A stretch of 64,000 nucleotides of DNA from Candidatus Krumholzibacteriota bacterium (GTDB taxonomy: Bacteria; Krumholzibacteriota; Krumholzibacteriia; JAJRXK01), in the NCBI GenBank assembly GCA_963727455.1, contig CAVSGG010000005.1:288001-352000 (forward strand), read 5' to 3'. Under the pieces are notes generated by a model. The model saw nothing but the letters and a program-made list of their open reading frames with translations, did not search any database and had not been told where the DNA came from. A program made the position numbers and the translations under genes. This document shows positions 42,059 through 52,708 of this stretch, one piece after another; within the stretch, counting starts at the first letter, position 1; every line of letters starts with the position of its first letter.

Positions 42059-43435
42059 CTAGGCGTTCCCGACGCCCTCATTGCGGACACCAACCAGCAG
42101 CCAGCGCCGGGCCAGGATCAGGCCGAAGGGACTGATGAGTGCGGTGACGCCATAGATTAACCAGAGAGCTCCGGGGTCCTGGGGACCGTTCATGGGAACG
42201 TAGCGGTCCAGCATCGTACCCGCGTAGAGCCCCGTGACCGTCTTCGCCAAGAACCAGGGGATCCCCGCGATTCCCATGTAGATTCCCACTCGATTGCCCG
42301 GCGCGAGGTCCGCCACGTACTCCAAGAAGCGTGACGACCACATCGCCTCGCCCAGGCTCCAGATGATCATGTAGCCGATCAAGAGGAACACGCTGGGGCT
42401 GGGTACCAGAATGAAGCACGAGAGTGCGCTCACCAAAGTCCCCGCGATCATCATGTCGACGACCTTTTTCTTCTGCGTCAGGGCGGCGATGAGGGGGACT
42501 CCGATCACGATGACCGTGGGATTGATGGCGTAGACCCACTCCCAGTAGCGGCTGATCTCGGCGGGGAATGCCCGGGTCACGTAGTCGGGCATGGTGAGAA
42601 ATTGGTGCGCGAAGAGGGTACGAACCGGCAAGAGCACGAAGATAAAGAACATGAATCGCTTGTCGAGAATGGGAAGCCGCCGCAGCTTCTGCAACATGTT
42701 CAGTTGATCGCCCGACGAGTCCTCCTCGACGACGCGGACGCGATCCCGGTCCTCCACTTTCTTGGTGAAGAAGACGATGTTGATGAGAATGACGATCGCG
42801 GTAATGCCGATGAAGAACCAGAACGAACCCGAGATCCCCGCAGTGGGCACGACGTTGACGTCAACGTGTTCGACACGTGCGGCCCACACCTGCCGTACCT
42901 TGGGGGACAGCATCTCGCCCGCGACGATCCCCAGGTTCATGATGGAGTAGAGGAAGGCGTAACCGAGCGTGGCGGTGCGAGCATCGGTATAGTCTTTGAC
43001 CCCCGAATAGAGCGCGGGCTGGAGGATCCCTTCTCCGATTGCCATGATGATCAGGGCCACCCACGCGGCGGAGTGAACCATGACCTCCCCGGCGAACAGA
43101 GGGCTCTGAACCAGCAGGATCCTCCCCAGGAGCACCACGACCATCGAGAGGGTCAACGCGCGCCTGACACCCAGGCGGTCCGAGAGCCATCCGCCGCCCA
43201 GGGCCATGGTGAGGGTCACCAGGCCCGAGAACACCGAAATGCTCATCGTGGCGTGATTCGTGCTGAAACCGACGTTGCGCTGCATGAACAGCGTCATGAG
43301 CCCCAGCATGCCGAAGTAGGCGATTCCGTCGCCGAAATTGACGGAATTCACCAGCCAGAAACCCTTGGAGGCGCCGAATAGAATGCGGATGGACTCGCGG
43401 AGGGCTGGTTTCTCTGGGGAGCTGGTATCAGTCAC
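42059..43435 (-). CDS. MFS transporter (POT/peptide-like); start GTG 43435
   Basis: GGWLSDRLGVRR MFS motif, about 12 TMs, FLYSIMNLG. Confidence 0.85.
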   Translation of the reverse strand: MTDTSSPEKPALRESIRILFGASKGFWLVNSVNFGDGIAYFGMLGLMTLFMQRNVGFSTNHATMSISVFSGLVTLTMALGGGWLSDRLGVRRALTLSMVVVLLGRILLVQSPLFAGEVMVHSAAWVALIIMAIGEGILQPALYSGVKDYTDARTATLGYAFLYSIMNLGIVAGEMLSPKVRQVWAARVEHVDVNVVPTAGISGSFWFFIGITAIVILINIVFFTKKVEDRDRVRVVEEDSSGDQLNMLQKLRRLPILDKRFMFFIFVLLPVRTLFAHQFLTMPDYVTRAFPAEISRYWEWVYAINPTVIVIGVPLIAALTQKKKVVDMMIAGTLVSALSCFILVPSPSVFLLIGYMIIWSLGEAMWSSRFLEYVADLAPGNRVGIYMGIAGIPWFLAKTVTGLYAGTMLDRYVPMNGPQDPGALWLIYGVTALISPFGLILARRWLLVGVRNEGVGNA

Positions 43436-43750
43436 GGAAAAGAGCCCACGCTCGCTGGGGAAGGAACTGGTATTGCCTCGGGGGGGCGCGAACCGGGGGA
43501 AAATAGCATCCGCCGCAGAATGGGGAAAGGGGAGAAAGCCCCTTTTTTCGCTCTCCATCGCGACGAAAGATTTGCCAGAACGCGACCTTTGCACTAAAAA
43601 TGAAAGTATAGACGGCGAGATTCAGGCCGCTGCCAGCGGCTCGCCCCACCCCGCGCAGTTCAGAACCAGCTCACAAGCTCCCAGAGCCCAGTGACGCCAT
43701 GGCGCGCGCGAGGTCCCTCCAGAAAGAAGATCTGAATAGGTCTGCCCCGT

Positions 43751-44926
43751 ATGAGTAGCGAGAAAAACGGTAATACCCGCCGGCGCCGCAAAAGGTCGCC
43801 ACGGAAAGAAGCCAACGGTAACGTGGCCGTGGCCGATGGCCAGCAGCCGGCAGGGCAACAAAAGAATTCGAAGAACGGTTCGCAGCGCCGTAAGGGAATG
43901 AACGCATTCCGACCCCGTCACCAGAGACGGAGCGGGGGCGAGGTGGAAAACGACACCTCGAGGCGGCGCCACAACGGAAACGGACGGCGGAACGGCCGCT
44001 CCAACCGCGACCGCAGCCGCAACCGTGAAGAGCAGCTGCGCCGCATTTTCTCCCAACTGCAACGCGGAACGAGTATCGACCCGCACGAGCGTTTCAATCT
44101 CGAACGAGCCGATGGAGCCTTCACCCCGCGAGTGATCGATCTGGTCGCACCCATCGGAAGAGGGCAACGCTGTCTCATCGTGGCTCCTCCCAAAGCGGGG
44201 AAGACCACGCTTCTGATGGAGATCTGCAAGTCGATCGAGGTGAACCACCCCGCAGTGAAGGTTTTCGCGCTTCTGGTGGACGAGAGACCCGAAGAAGTCA
44301 CGCATTTCTCCCGTTCGACGCACGCCGAGGTCATCGCCTCCTCCAGTGACCGGATTGCCGACGAACATGTCAAAGTGGTGGAGGAGGGGATCCAGCGCGT
44401 TCTCGAACCCGTTCTGGAGGGCCAGGACGTCGTCCTGATGCTCGACTCGATCACTCGCTTGGCCCGCGCTTACAATACGGCGCGGGGCGACTCGGGACGG
44501 ACCCTGACCGGTGGACTGGATGCCAACGCGATGCAGACACCGCGGCGTCTTTTCGGGGCCGCGCGCAACATCGAGGACGGAGGCAGTCTCACGATACTGG
44601 GCACGGCTCTGGTGGAGACCGGGTCGCGCATGGACGAGGTCATCTTCCAGGAGTTCAAGGGAACCGGGAACAGCGAGATCGTCCTGTCCCGTCAGCTCTT
44701 CGAAAAGAGAATCTTCCCTGCCATCGACATCGGAAAATCGGGGACGCGCAAGGAGGAGAAGCTCCATCCTCCCGAGTATCTCGAGCACATCCGAAAGATG
44801 CGCCGGGTCCTCAGCGACATGCCCCCCGACCGCGCCATGGACGGACTCTTGAAGCTCATGGCCAAGTGCCCCACGAACAAAGAGCTACTGGACGCCCTTC
44901 CTACTTCCTCGAATCAGCATCAATAG
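43751..44926 (+). CDS. rho: Atypical transcription termination factor Rho (intact ATPase, no recognisable RNA-binding OB domain)
   Basis: [55 protein letters not shown]. Confidence 0.9.
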   Translation: MSSEKNGNTRRRRKRSPRKEANGNVAVADGQQPAGQQKNSKNGSQRRKGMNAFRPRHQRRSGGEVENDTSRRRHNGNGRRNGRSNRDRSRNREEQLRRIFSQLQRGTSIDPHERFNLERADGAFTPRVIDLVAPIGRGQRCLIVAPPKAGKTTLLMEICKSIEVNHPAVKVFALLVDERPEEVTHFSRSTHAEVIASSSDRIADEHVKVVEEGIQRVLEPVLEGQDVVLMLDSITRLARAYNTARGDSGRTLTGGLDANAMQTPRRLFGAARNIEDGGSLTILGTALVETGSRMDEVIFQEFKGTGNSEIVLSRQLFEKRIFPAIDIGKSGTRKEEKLHPPEYLEHIRKMRRVLSDMPPDRAMDGLLKLMAKCPTNKELLDALPTSSNQHQ

Positions 44927-47529
44927 GCGGCCGAGCTCTTCGCAGCGACGCGATCCAGGGCAGCAAGGGCGCTCTCCACGATTGCCTGCTCATCCACTTG
45001 GAAGAAGCGGCGCAGGTTCTCGCGCGTGTCGCTCCGTCCGAAGCCATCGGTGCCCAGGATCGTGAAGTCCGCGTCGATCCAGCGGCCGGCCAACTCGGGT
45101 ACCGCGCGCAGATAGTCGGTACTGGCAATGAGCGGAGTGTCCTCCGCTCCGAAGAGCTGTTTGACCCAGGGCGATGAGTCGCGGGGCGAACCGTCGTTTT
45201 CCCACTCGATGGCTTCGCGCCGCAACTCGGTCCACGAGGTCACGCTGTACACGTCCGCCGCCACCGAGTGTTTCTTCTCGAGTACCTCGGCCGCACTCAG
45301 AGCTGCGCGCAGGATGGGACCGCTTCCGGCCAGCCGCACCTTGCGCTTGCTCTTTTTCGCGCTCTTGCGGAAGAGGTAGGCACCGCGAATGATACCCTCT
45401 TTGATCTCCTCGGGCATCGTGGGCATCCGGTAATTTTCGTTGTAGAGCGTGATGTAATAGAAGATCTCCTCACCATCTTGGTACATCCGCTTCAGTCCCT
45501 CTTCGATGACAGTTGCCGTCTCGTAATGCCAACACGGATCGTAGGCTCGACAGGAGGGTACAGTCGAAGCGAGAAGGTGACTGTGTCCGTCCTGGTGTTG
45601 GAGACCCTCCCCGTTGAGGGTGGTGCGTCCGGCGGTGCCTCCCAAGAGAAAGCCCTTGCCGCGCGCGTCCGCAAAGGCCCAGATGGAGTCTCCCGTCCGC
45701 TGGAATCCGAACATGCTGTAGAAGATGTAGAAGGGAATCATGGGCTGACGCAGGCTCGCGTAGGAGGTTCCGGCGGCGGTCAGGGAACCCACGCTTCCCG
45801 CTTCGTTGATCCCCTCCATGAGGAGCTGACCTCGCTCCGATTCGGAATAGCTGAGGAGAACCTCGGCATCGACCGGGGTGTATTTCTGCCCGATCGCCGA
45901 GTAGATCTTGAACTCGCGGAAGAGGCTCTCCATTCCGAAGGTGCGCGCCTCGTCGGGGATGATGGGCACGATCCTCTTTCCGAAGGCCTTGTCCTTCATG
46001 AGCTTCCTCAAGAGTCGAACGAAGGCCATGGTGGTGGAGGCCTCCACCTTCTCACCGGTGTCCTGCTTGAACTCGTCGTACAGATCGCTCTTGGGGAGTT
46101 CGATCTCTACCGGCACGACGCGCCGTAGAGGCAAGCAGCCACCTAGGCTCCGGCGTCTCTCCAGCATGTACTCGATCTCCGGACTCTTGGGCCCGGGATG
46201 GTAGAGTGGCGCGCTCGCGAGCTGATCATCGGGAATGGGAAGTTCGAGTCGGTCCCGGAATACCCTCAGCTCCTTCTCGCTCATCTCCTTCATCTGATGG
46301 GTCACGTTGCGTGACTCGATGCCCTCGCCAAGGGTCCATCCCTTGACGGTCTTGGCGAGCACGCAGCTCGGCACTCCGGCCTGTTCGGTAGCGACCGTGT
46401 AGGCCGCGTAGAGCTTGCGGTAGTCGTGACCGCCGCGGCGCAGCCTCTGAATCTGCTCGTCGCTCAGATGCTCCACCAGCTTCAGCAGTCTGGGGTCGCC
46501 CCCGAAGAACTCCTCGCGGATCTTCCCGCCGTCCATGGTGGTGTACCGCTGCCAATCACCGTCCAGGGTCTCCATCATCTTCTTCACGAGCACGCCATCG
46601 ATGTCCCGGTGGAGCAGCTCGTCCCACTCTCGCCCCCAGATCACTTTGAAGACGTTCCAGCCGGCCCCCCGGAAGCGGGCCTCCAGCTCCTGGATGATCT
46701 TCCCGTTTCCACGCACCGGCCCGTCCAGGCGCTGCAGATTGCAGTTCACCACGAAGGTCAGGTTGTCCAGACCCTCCCTCGCCGCGAGAGAAAGCGCGCC
46801 CAGGGCTTCCGGTTCGTCCGTCTCCCCGTCGCCCAGGAAGGCCCACACCCGGCTATTGGAGGTGTCAGCCATCCCTCGCTGGTGCATGTACTTGAGAAAG
46901 CGCGCCTGATACACCGCGTTCAAAGGGCCCAGTCCCATCGAGACGGTGGGAAACTCCCAGAACTCGGGCATGAGCCGAGGATGGGGATACGAAGACAGTC
47001 CGGGGCTCAGCGCCTCGCGGCGAAAACGGTGCAGAAGTTCCTCACTGAGCCTTCCTTCCAGGAACGCGCGCGCGTAGATCCCTGGCGCGGCGTGACCCTG
47101 GTAGTAGATGAAATCACCCAGCTGCTCGCCGTCCTTGCCGCGAAAAAAGTGATTGAATCCCACCTCGTAAAGACTGGCGGCGCTGGCATAGGTGGAGAGA
47201 TGCCCCCCGAGTCCGTGAAATTTCCGGTTCGCATGCGTCACCATCGCAGCCGCGTTCCAGCGGATCAGCCGGCGGATTCTGCGTTCCATGTTCTCGTCGC
47301 CAGGGAAGGGTGGCTCCTGCTCCGGGCTGATGCTGTTGATGTAGCGAGTGCTCACCGTTTGCGGAAGACCCAAGTGAAGCAGCCGCGCCCGTTTTAGAAT
47401 TTTGTAGAGCAGGAACTGCGCGCGGAGTTTGCCCGATACTTCCGCGACGGAATCGAGGGCCTCGATCCACTCGGAAGTCTCTTCGGGGTCGAGATCGGGG
47501 AGTTGCTGCTTGAATTGATCAAAGACCAT
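44920..47529 (-). CDS. aceE: Pyruvate dehydrogenase E1, homodimeric type
   Basis: DPEETSEW, GGHLSTYAS, SSYPHP, GDGETDEPE, NCNLQRLDGPV, DEARTFG. Confidence 0.97.
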   Translation of the reverse strand: MVFDQFKQQLPDLDPEETSEWIEALDSVAEVSGKLRAQFLLYKILKRARLLHLGLPQTVSTRYINSISPEQEPPFPGDENMERRIRRLIRWNAAAMVTHANRKFHGLGGHLSTYASAASLYEVGFNHFFRGKDGEQLGDFIYYQGHAAPGIYARAFLEGRLSEELLHRFRREALSPGLSSYPHPRLMPEFWEFPTVSMGLGPLNAVYQARFLKYMHQRGMADTSNSRVWAFLGDGETDEPEALGALSLAAREGLDNLTFVVNCNLQRLDGPVRGNGKIIQELEARFRGAGWNVFKVIWGREWDELLHRDIDGVLVKKMMETLDGDWQRYTTMDGGKIREEFFGGDPRLLKLVEHLSDEQIQRLRRGGHDYRKLYAAYTVATEQAGVPSCVLAKTVKGWTLGEGIESRNVTHQMKEMSEKELRVFRDRLELPIPDDQLASAPLYHPGPKSPEIEYMLERRRSLGGCLPLRRVVPVEIELPKSDLYDEFKQDTGEKVEASTTMAFVRLLRKLMKDKAFGKRIVPIIPDEARTFGMESLFREFKIYSAIGQKYTPVDAEVLLSYSESERGQLLMEGINEAGSVGSLTAAGTSYASLRQPMIPFYIFYSMFGFQRTGDSIWAFADARGKGFLLGGTAGRTTLNGEGLQHQDGHSHLLASTVPSCRAYDPCWHYETATVIEEGLKRMYQDGEEIFYYITLYNENYRMPTMPEEIKEGIIRGAYLFRKSAKKSKRKVRLAGSGPILRAALSAAEVLEKKHSVAADVYSVTSWTELRREAIEWENDGSPRDSSPWVKQLFGAEDTPLIASTDYLRAVPELAGRWIDADFTILGTDGFGRSDTRENLRRFFQVDEQAIVESALAALDRVAAKSSAAY

Positions 47530-47799
47530 GAGATCTCACTTCCATCTCGGACTCATGCACCTGCGCCGGTTCGAAGCTTTCACGCGGGAACTCGATCAGT
47601 CTGCTGGGGTGAAAGAAGCGCTTGGATTCCGTATGCCGTAGGCATTACTTCTAGCAAAAGCTGCTGCTTGCGGCCAGCGATCGTGCTAGCTTACTCCCCG
47701 GCCAGAATAGGGAGCGATCGCGATTTTCGACCCTGAGGTTCCCTCGGATTCTTCCAGAATATTAAATTCGTAGTTCGTTTTATGACAAGGAGTTGAGGG

Positions 47800-48582
47800 A
47801 TGAAGATCCTGTGTTGCGTGAAGCAAGTGCCCGAGAAGGATGCCCGTGTGCGGATCGCCTCGGACGGCGCTTGGATCGTGGAGGACGGACTCGCCTACGC
47901 GCTCAGCGAATGCGATCGGTACGGCGTGGAAGCCGCACTCCGACTGAAGGAGAGCGGAGGGGGAGAGGTCGCGGTGCTGTCTCTGGGGGGTGAGCGGGCC
48001 TCCAAGGGGATCAAAGAGGCTCTGGCGATGGGCTGCGACCGGGCCATCCACGTGCAGAGCGAGGAGTTCGCCAGGGCCGACGCGATCACCATCGCACGGG
48101 TAATTGCAGCCGCAGTGCGCGAGGAGAACTTCGACTTGGTACTGGCCGGGGTGCAATCGGACGATCTGGGCTACAACGCGGTGGGCCCGGCGCTGGCGGA
48201 GTTCCTCGATGCGCGTCACGCCCAGATCGTGCTGAGCATGGAACCCGTCGACGACGGCGCGCTGAAAATCACGCACGAACTCGACAACAACCTCATCGAA
48301 ACCGCCGAAATCAAATTGCCGGCGGTCCTCGGGGTGCAGAGTGGCATTCTCGACGTCCGCTACGCTTCGCTGAAGGGGATCATGGGCGCTGCTTCCAAGC
48401 CGCAGAAGAAACTCACGGTGGACGATCTGAACCTCGAGCAGGAAAGCATCGTTTCCAAAGTAGAGATCGAGAGCCTGTCCTTGCCCCTGAAGACGAGCCA
48501 GGCGGAGATGATCGAGGGTGATCCGGCGACCATGGCGAGCACCCTCCTGAAGAAACTCAAGACCGAGGCCAAAGTTCTCTAG
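47800..48582 (+). CDS. etfB: Electron transfer flavoprotein beta subunit
   Basis: MKILCCVKQVP, ALAMGCDRA, RYASLKGIM. Confidence 0.95.
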   Translation: MKILCCVKQVPEKDARVRIASDGAWIVEDGLAYALSECDRYGVEAALRLKESGGGEVAVLSLGGERASKGIKEALAMGCDRAIHVQSEEFARADAITIARVIAAAVREENFDLVLAGVQSDDLGYNAVGPALAEFLDARHAQIVLSMEPVDDGALKITHELDNNLIETAEIKLPAVLGVQSGILDVRYASLKGIMGAASKPQKKLTVDDLNLEQESIVSKVEIESLSLPLKTSQAEMIEGDPATMASTLLKKLKTEAKVL

Positions 48583-48595
48583 GGAGGATGGAAGA

Positions 48596-49573
48596 ATGGC
48601 GAAGCAGATTCTAGTCATCGCCGAGGTACGTGATGGCGCGTTGAAGCCCATCACCAAGGAAGCTCTCGCTGCCGCACTGTACGTGGCGGACGAACCTTCG
48701 GATGTAAGGGCAGTATTGTTGGGAGAGGGCATCGAGAACCTGGCGCAGGAGCTGAGCGCGTTTGCTCCAGGTGGCGTGCTGTATCTGGAGGATCCAGGTC
48801 TGAAGACCTACACTCCAGAAGCCTACGTCTGTGTGCTGAAGAACTTGGTGCAGGAGAGCTCGGCCAAGTACGTCTTTATCGGACATTCCTATCAGGCCAT
48901 CGATTTCTTTCCGCGATTGGCCGCCACTCTCGACGCCGCCTTCATCCCCGACTGCACCGGAATCGAGAGCGACGAGAACGGCCTAGTCTTCAGCCGCAAG
49001 GTGTTCAACGGCAAGCTCAACGCGAGTTGCCGCGTGCGCTCCGAAGGGACCGTACTCACCAGTCTCCAGCAGGGGGCGTTTCCGGCGGGCGAGGCGCCAG
49101 GCGGGGGAAGCGTGGAAAAGCGCGGCGTCGATCTGAGTGGAGTCGAGGCCCGCAAGGTACTATCGATCGAAGCCGGGGAGACCGGAGAGGTGGATCTGTC
49201 CGAGGCTGACATCATCGTGGCCGGGGGGCGTGGGGTCGGGGACAAGGACAAGTTCGAGGTGGTCTTCCAACTCGCGAAGGCCCTTGGCGGCGCAGTGGGC
49301 GCGTCCCGTCCACCCTGTGATAGCTCCTGGGTCGAGCCCTTCCGGCAGATCGGCTCGTCCGGTCAGGTGGTGGCGCCCAAACTCTACATTGCCCTGGGCA
49401 TCTCCGGCGCCATCCAGCATTTGGTGGGGATGCGTGGCTCGCAGTGTATCGTGGCCGTCAACAAGGATCCGAACGCTGCGATCTTCCAGGAGGCCAGCTA
49501 CGGGCTGGTGGGAGATCTTCACGAGATCGTACCGGCTCTCATCGAGGCCGTGAACGAGGCGCGGGAAGCATAG
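48596..49573 (+). CDS. etfA: Electron transfer flavoprotein alpha subunit
   Basis: [30 protein letters not shown]. Confidence 0.95.
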   Translation: MAKQILVIAEVRDGALKPITKEALAAALYVADEPSDVRAVLLGEGIENLAQELSAFAPGGVLYLEDPGLKTYTPEAYVCVLKNLVQESSAKYVFIGHSYQAIDFFPRLAATLDAAFIPDCTGIESDENGLVFSRKVFNGKLNASCRVRSEGTVLTSLQQGAFPAGEAPGGGSVEKRGVDLSGVEARKVLSIEAGETGEVDLSEADIIVAGGRGVGDKDKFEVVFQLAKALGGAVGASRPPCDSSWVEPFRQIGSSGQVVAPKLYIALGISGAIQHLVGMRGSQCIVAVNKDPNAAIFQEASYGLVGDLHEIVPALIEAVNEAREA

Positions 49574-49576
49574 CAC

Positions 49577-50845
49577 TTGTCGCAGCTGACAAACTCTCCG
49601 GAGATCGAGTTGGGAACCTCGCGACGGGTCAGCGCCGTGGCGGGTCTTTCGGCGCTCTACGGTCTGCGTTTGTTGGGCATGTACCTGGTGCTCCCCGTGC
49701 TCAGCCTCTATGCCGCGAACCTGCGCGGCGAAACCGCTCTTCTCATCGGCATGAGTCTGGGGATCTACGGATTTTCTCAGGCTCTTTTTCAGATCCCCTT
49801 CGGAATCTGGAGTGATCGTTACGGCAGGCGCCGAATCATCGCGGCGGGCCTCTTGCTCTTTGCGATCGGGAGTGCCGTCGCGGCGCAGACCCACTCCATT
49901 TACGGCCTCATTCTGGGGCGCTTTCTCCAGGGTTCGGGCGCAGTGGCTTCGGCGCTGGTAGCGCTCATGGCCGATCTCAGCGGTCCGCGCTACCGCGCGC
50001 GAGCCATGGGGGCCGTCGGGGTTTCGGTGGGCATTGCTTTCGCGACGGGAATGGTGTTCGGACCCACTGTCTACGAGCGTCTGGGGGCTCCGGCGATATT
50101 TTGGCTCACGGCCGCGCTCTCCCTCCTGGGAATTTTCTACGTCGGGATCGCCGTTCCCAAGGGTCGCGCCTGGGAACACGATCACGAGATGGAGTGGACG
50201 AGAGGCCAGACCACAACCCTCCTGCACCATCCCACGCTTCTGCGACTCGACGCGGGCATTCTCGTGCTTCACCTCTTGGTGACCGCAGCCTTTGTCGTGG
50301 GCCCGACCTACCTCTCGCTCTACCGTCCGGTGGAGCAGCACGGCAGTATCTATGCACCCATCGTTTTGGCCGGCGTCGTCGTACTTGCGATCTCCGTTTT
50401 CATTTCCGATCGCTGGGGACGTTTGCGGGAGGCCATCGTGGTGGGGGGGCTGCTCCTCTTGGCCTCGACCGTGTTGTTGCTCTTCGCCACCCGCGGTCTC
50501 GGCTACTCCATCGCGGTCATCGCCTGCATGGTGGGTGGGATCGCGATCGCCGAGCCCGCGATGCCCGCCCTCCTCACGCGCCTCGTCTCCTCTGATCAGA
50601 GGGGAACCGCCGCGGGCATCTTCCACACTTCACAGTTCATGGGCTCGTTCTTGGGGGGGATGCTCGGCGGCGCTATGCTGCGCCATCCCAAACTCATCGG
50701 TTTCATTCTGGTCGCCATCGCGAGTAGCTGGGCCATCGTCAGCGTGGGTCTTCTCACCAAGAGGGACAGGGCTACGAGTGCCAGTCCCTCCGCTCCTGCC
50801 AGCGAGCATGCAGAAAAAAGGCGAGAGGCGCGAGGGCGAGGGTGA
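49577..50845 (+). CDS. MFS transporter (YajR-like)
   Basis: RLLGMYLVLPV, QIPFGIWSDRYGRR, GRFLQGSGA. Confidence 0.88.
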   Translation: MSQLTNSPEIELGTSRRVSAVAGLSALYGLRLLGMYLVLPVLSLYAANLRGETALLIGMSLGIYGFSQALFQIPFGIWSDRYGRRRIIAAGLLLFAIGSAVAAQTHSIYGLILGRFLQGSGAVASALVALMADLSGPRYRARAMGAVGVSVGIAFATGMVFGPTVYERLGAPAIFWLTAALSLLGIFYVGIAVPKGRAWEHDHEMEWTRGQTTTLLHHPTLLRLDAGILVLHLLVTAAFVVGPTYLSLYRPVEQHGSIYAPIVLAGVVVLAISVFISDRWGRLREAIVVGGLLLLASTVLLLFATRGLGYSIAVIACMVGGIAIAEPAMPALLTRLVSSDQRGTAAGIFHTSQFMGSFLGGMLGGAMLRHPKLIGFILVAIASSWAIVSVGLLTKRDRATSASPSAPASEHAEKRREARGRG

Positions 50846-51734
50846 GAATCCAGCCCGCGAGCGCGTCCACCCCGTAATGGAATCCGCCGTAGACCGTGCC
50901 AACGGTCAAGGCGGGGACGAGCGCCGCGAGGAACCAGCTTGCCTTCTTGCTGCGCGCCTTGAGAACCACGATCCAACAGATTGCGGCCACGGCACAGTGC
51001 GAACTGGGGAAGGCCGTTCCCACCGAAGAGCCCGAGTGCAGAATGGAATGTACAAGCGGGGGGAAAAAGGGTCCCATGAGATGGGGATCGGGCTCGGGGA
51101 AGTGATGGAAGGGACCGGCCACGGGAAAGCCTACGAACACGAGTTGACAGGCCACGAAGACGAGAACCAGGGCAGTGAGATACTCCTCGACATCCGACCA
51201 GCGCCCCTTTGCGGCGAAGGCCACGAGCGGAGTGGGTATGATCAGGTAGTAGCTCAAGTACGCGAAATGCAGATATTCGGACAGCCACAGGTATGGCAGG
51301 CGTTGGTGAAGGATGAGAGGTAGCACCTGCCCATGGAAGAGCGCGCGTTCCAGAGTCAGAATCGAGGAGTCGAAATAGCGCGAGGCGAAGAACATGTCGT
51401 TCAGTTCGCGCGCCTCGGTATAGAGCAGGGGGATGAAAAGCAAAGGTAGAATGCGGCGTGCTAGCGCCAAGGTTCTGCTCGGAATCCGAGGCGGCGACCA
51501 GCGCAGGCTGAAGATCACAAGAGTGAGCGACAGGTTGACGAGGAACAAGCGCAACCAGTGGGCGACTCCCGCGTGAAAGAACGGGAGCAGCAGGACCGTC
51601 AAGAACAGGTAGGCGCACAGAATTGCCTCGGAGGGGCGCAGACCGCGACCGAACTGTTCCAGGCCCAGGCTCCGAACGGAAGGGCCCGGTAGCTCCTTCT
51701 CGACCTTTGACTGTGTGCGCTCCGTCACAGCCAT
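50772..51734 (-). CDS. PAP2-superfamily membrane enzyme, AUR1/inositol-phosphoceramide-synthase-like
   Basis: FPVAGP, AFPSSHC, FHYGVD motifs, multiple TMs; last gene of the spt operon. Confidence 0.75.
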   Translation of the reverse strand: MAVTERTQSKVEKELPGPSVRSLGLEQFGRGLRPSEAILCAYLFLTVLLLPFFHAGVAHWLRLFLVNLSLTLVIFSLRWSPPRIPSRTLALARRILPLLFIPLLYTEARELNDMFFASRYFDSSILTLERALFHGQVLPLILHQRLPYLWLSEYLHFAYLSYYLIIPTPLVAFAAKGRWSDVEEYLTALVLVFVACQLVFVGFPVAGPFHHFPEPDPHLMGPFFPPLVHSILHSGSSVGTAFPSSHCAVAAICWIVVLKARSKKASWFLAALVPALTVGTVYGGFHYGVDALAGWILTLALAPLAFFLHARWQERRDWHS

Positions 51735-52699
51735 CCTTCCCCACGATACCAGCGCATCGTCGCCTCCATTCCCTCCAGGAGGGGAATCTGGGGCCGGTAA
51801 CCAAAGGCCGCTTCTGCCGCCTGGCTGCTGCAGCTGTAGGAGGGAGCGCAGAAGTCGCGCGCTTTCTCTCTGCCGAACATGGCCTGAACTCGCACGAGGC
51901 CGTGCACGGCGTCGTTCAAGGTTCCTGCTGCGAGGACCAGCCAATCGGGCAGAGTCACAACGAAGACGCGATGCGACGAGGCGTTCGCGAGAGCTTGGCC
52001 GATTTCCCGCCAGGTGTGGGGCGAACCATCCGTGAGAAAGTAAGTTCCCACGCCGCGCCTGTGCTCAGAGGCAGCCAAGAGGCCTGAAACGAGATCGTGC
52101 ACGTGGACCAGTGAGAGATGACGCTCGGCAGAGCCCACGCAAAAGGCAAAGCCACGCTCGGCCAGGCGGAAGAGGGAAAGGGTCGCGGTGTCTCTGGGGC
52201 CGTAGACTGCTGGGGGACGGATCACGGTCAAGTCCGGTCCGGAGAGGGCCGCCAGCGCCACTTCCGCTTCCAGCTTGGAACGGCCGTAGAGGCTGTGTGG
52301 ATGCGCATCGTCTCCCTCGCGGTAGATGGTCCCCTTCTCGCCACGACCCATGGTGGCGAGACTGGAGACGAAGATGAAGCGCCCCTCGGCTGGCGCGACC
52401 TTCGCGAAGCGGCGGTAGAGGGTGAGGGTGGCATCGATGTTCACGCGCCGGAAGATCTCCCACTGCGCCCCCTTGAGGACAGCCGCGACGTGAAAGACGC
52501 GGTCGACCCCATCGAGCGCCTGTGGGGGAATCTCGCCGTGCGCGAGCTCGCCGTGGTGGACCTGCACTTTCGAGGTGTCTAGAAAGCGGAGATTCGAACT
52601 GGCACGCACCAGCACCCGAACCTCCTCCTTTGCCCGCACAAGCGCATCCACGAGATGGCTTCCCACGAAACCGTTCGCGCCGGTTACCAGAACCGCCAT
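51725..52699 (-). CDS. NAD(P)-dependent epimerase/dehydratase-family reductase, putative ceramide reductase
   Basis: TGANGFVG, YGRSK, RPPAVYGP; gene context. Confidence 0.75.
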   Translation of the reverse strand: MAVLVTGANGFVGSHLVDALVRAKEEVRVLVRASSNLRFLDTSKVQVHHGELAHGEIPPQALDGVDRVFHVAAVLKGAQWEIFRRVNIDATLTLYRRFAKVAPAEGRFIFVSSLATMGRGEKGTIYREGDDAHPHSLYGRSKLEAEVALAALSGPDLTVIRPPAVYGPRDTATLSLFRLAERGFAFCVGSAERHLSLVHVHDLVSGLLAASEHRRGVGTYFLTDGSPHTWREIGQALANASSHRVFVVTLPDWLVLAAGTLNDAVHGLVRVQAMFGREKARDFCAPSYSCSSQAAEAAFGYRPQIPLLEGMEATMRWYRGEGWL

Positions 52700-52708
52700 G
52701 GCGGAACC

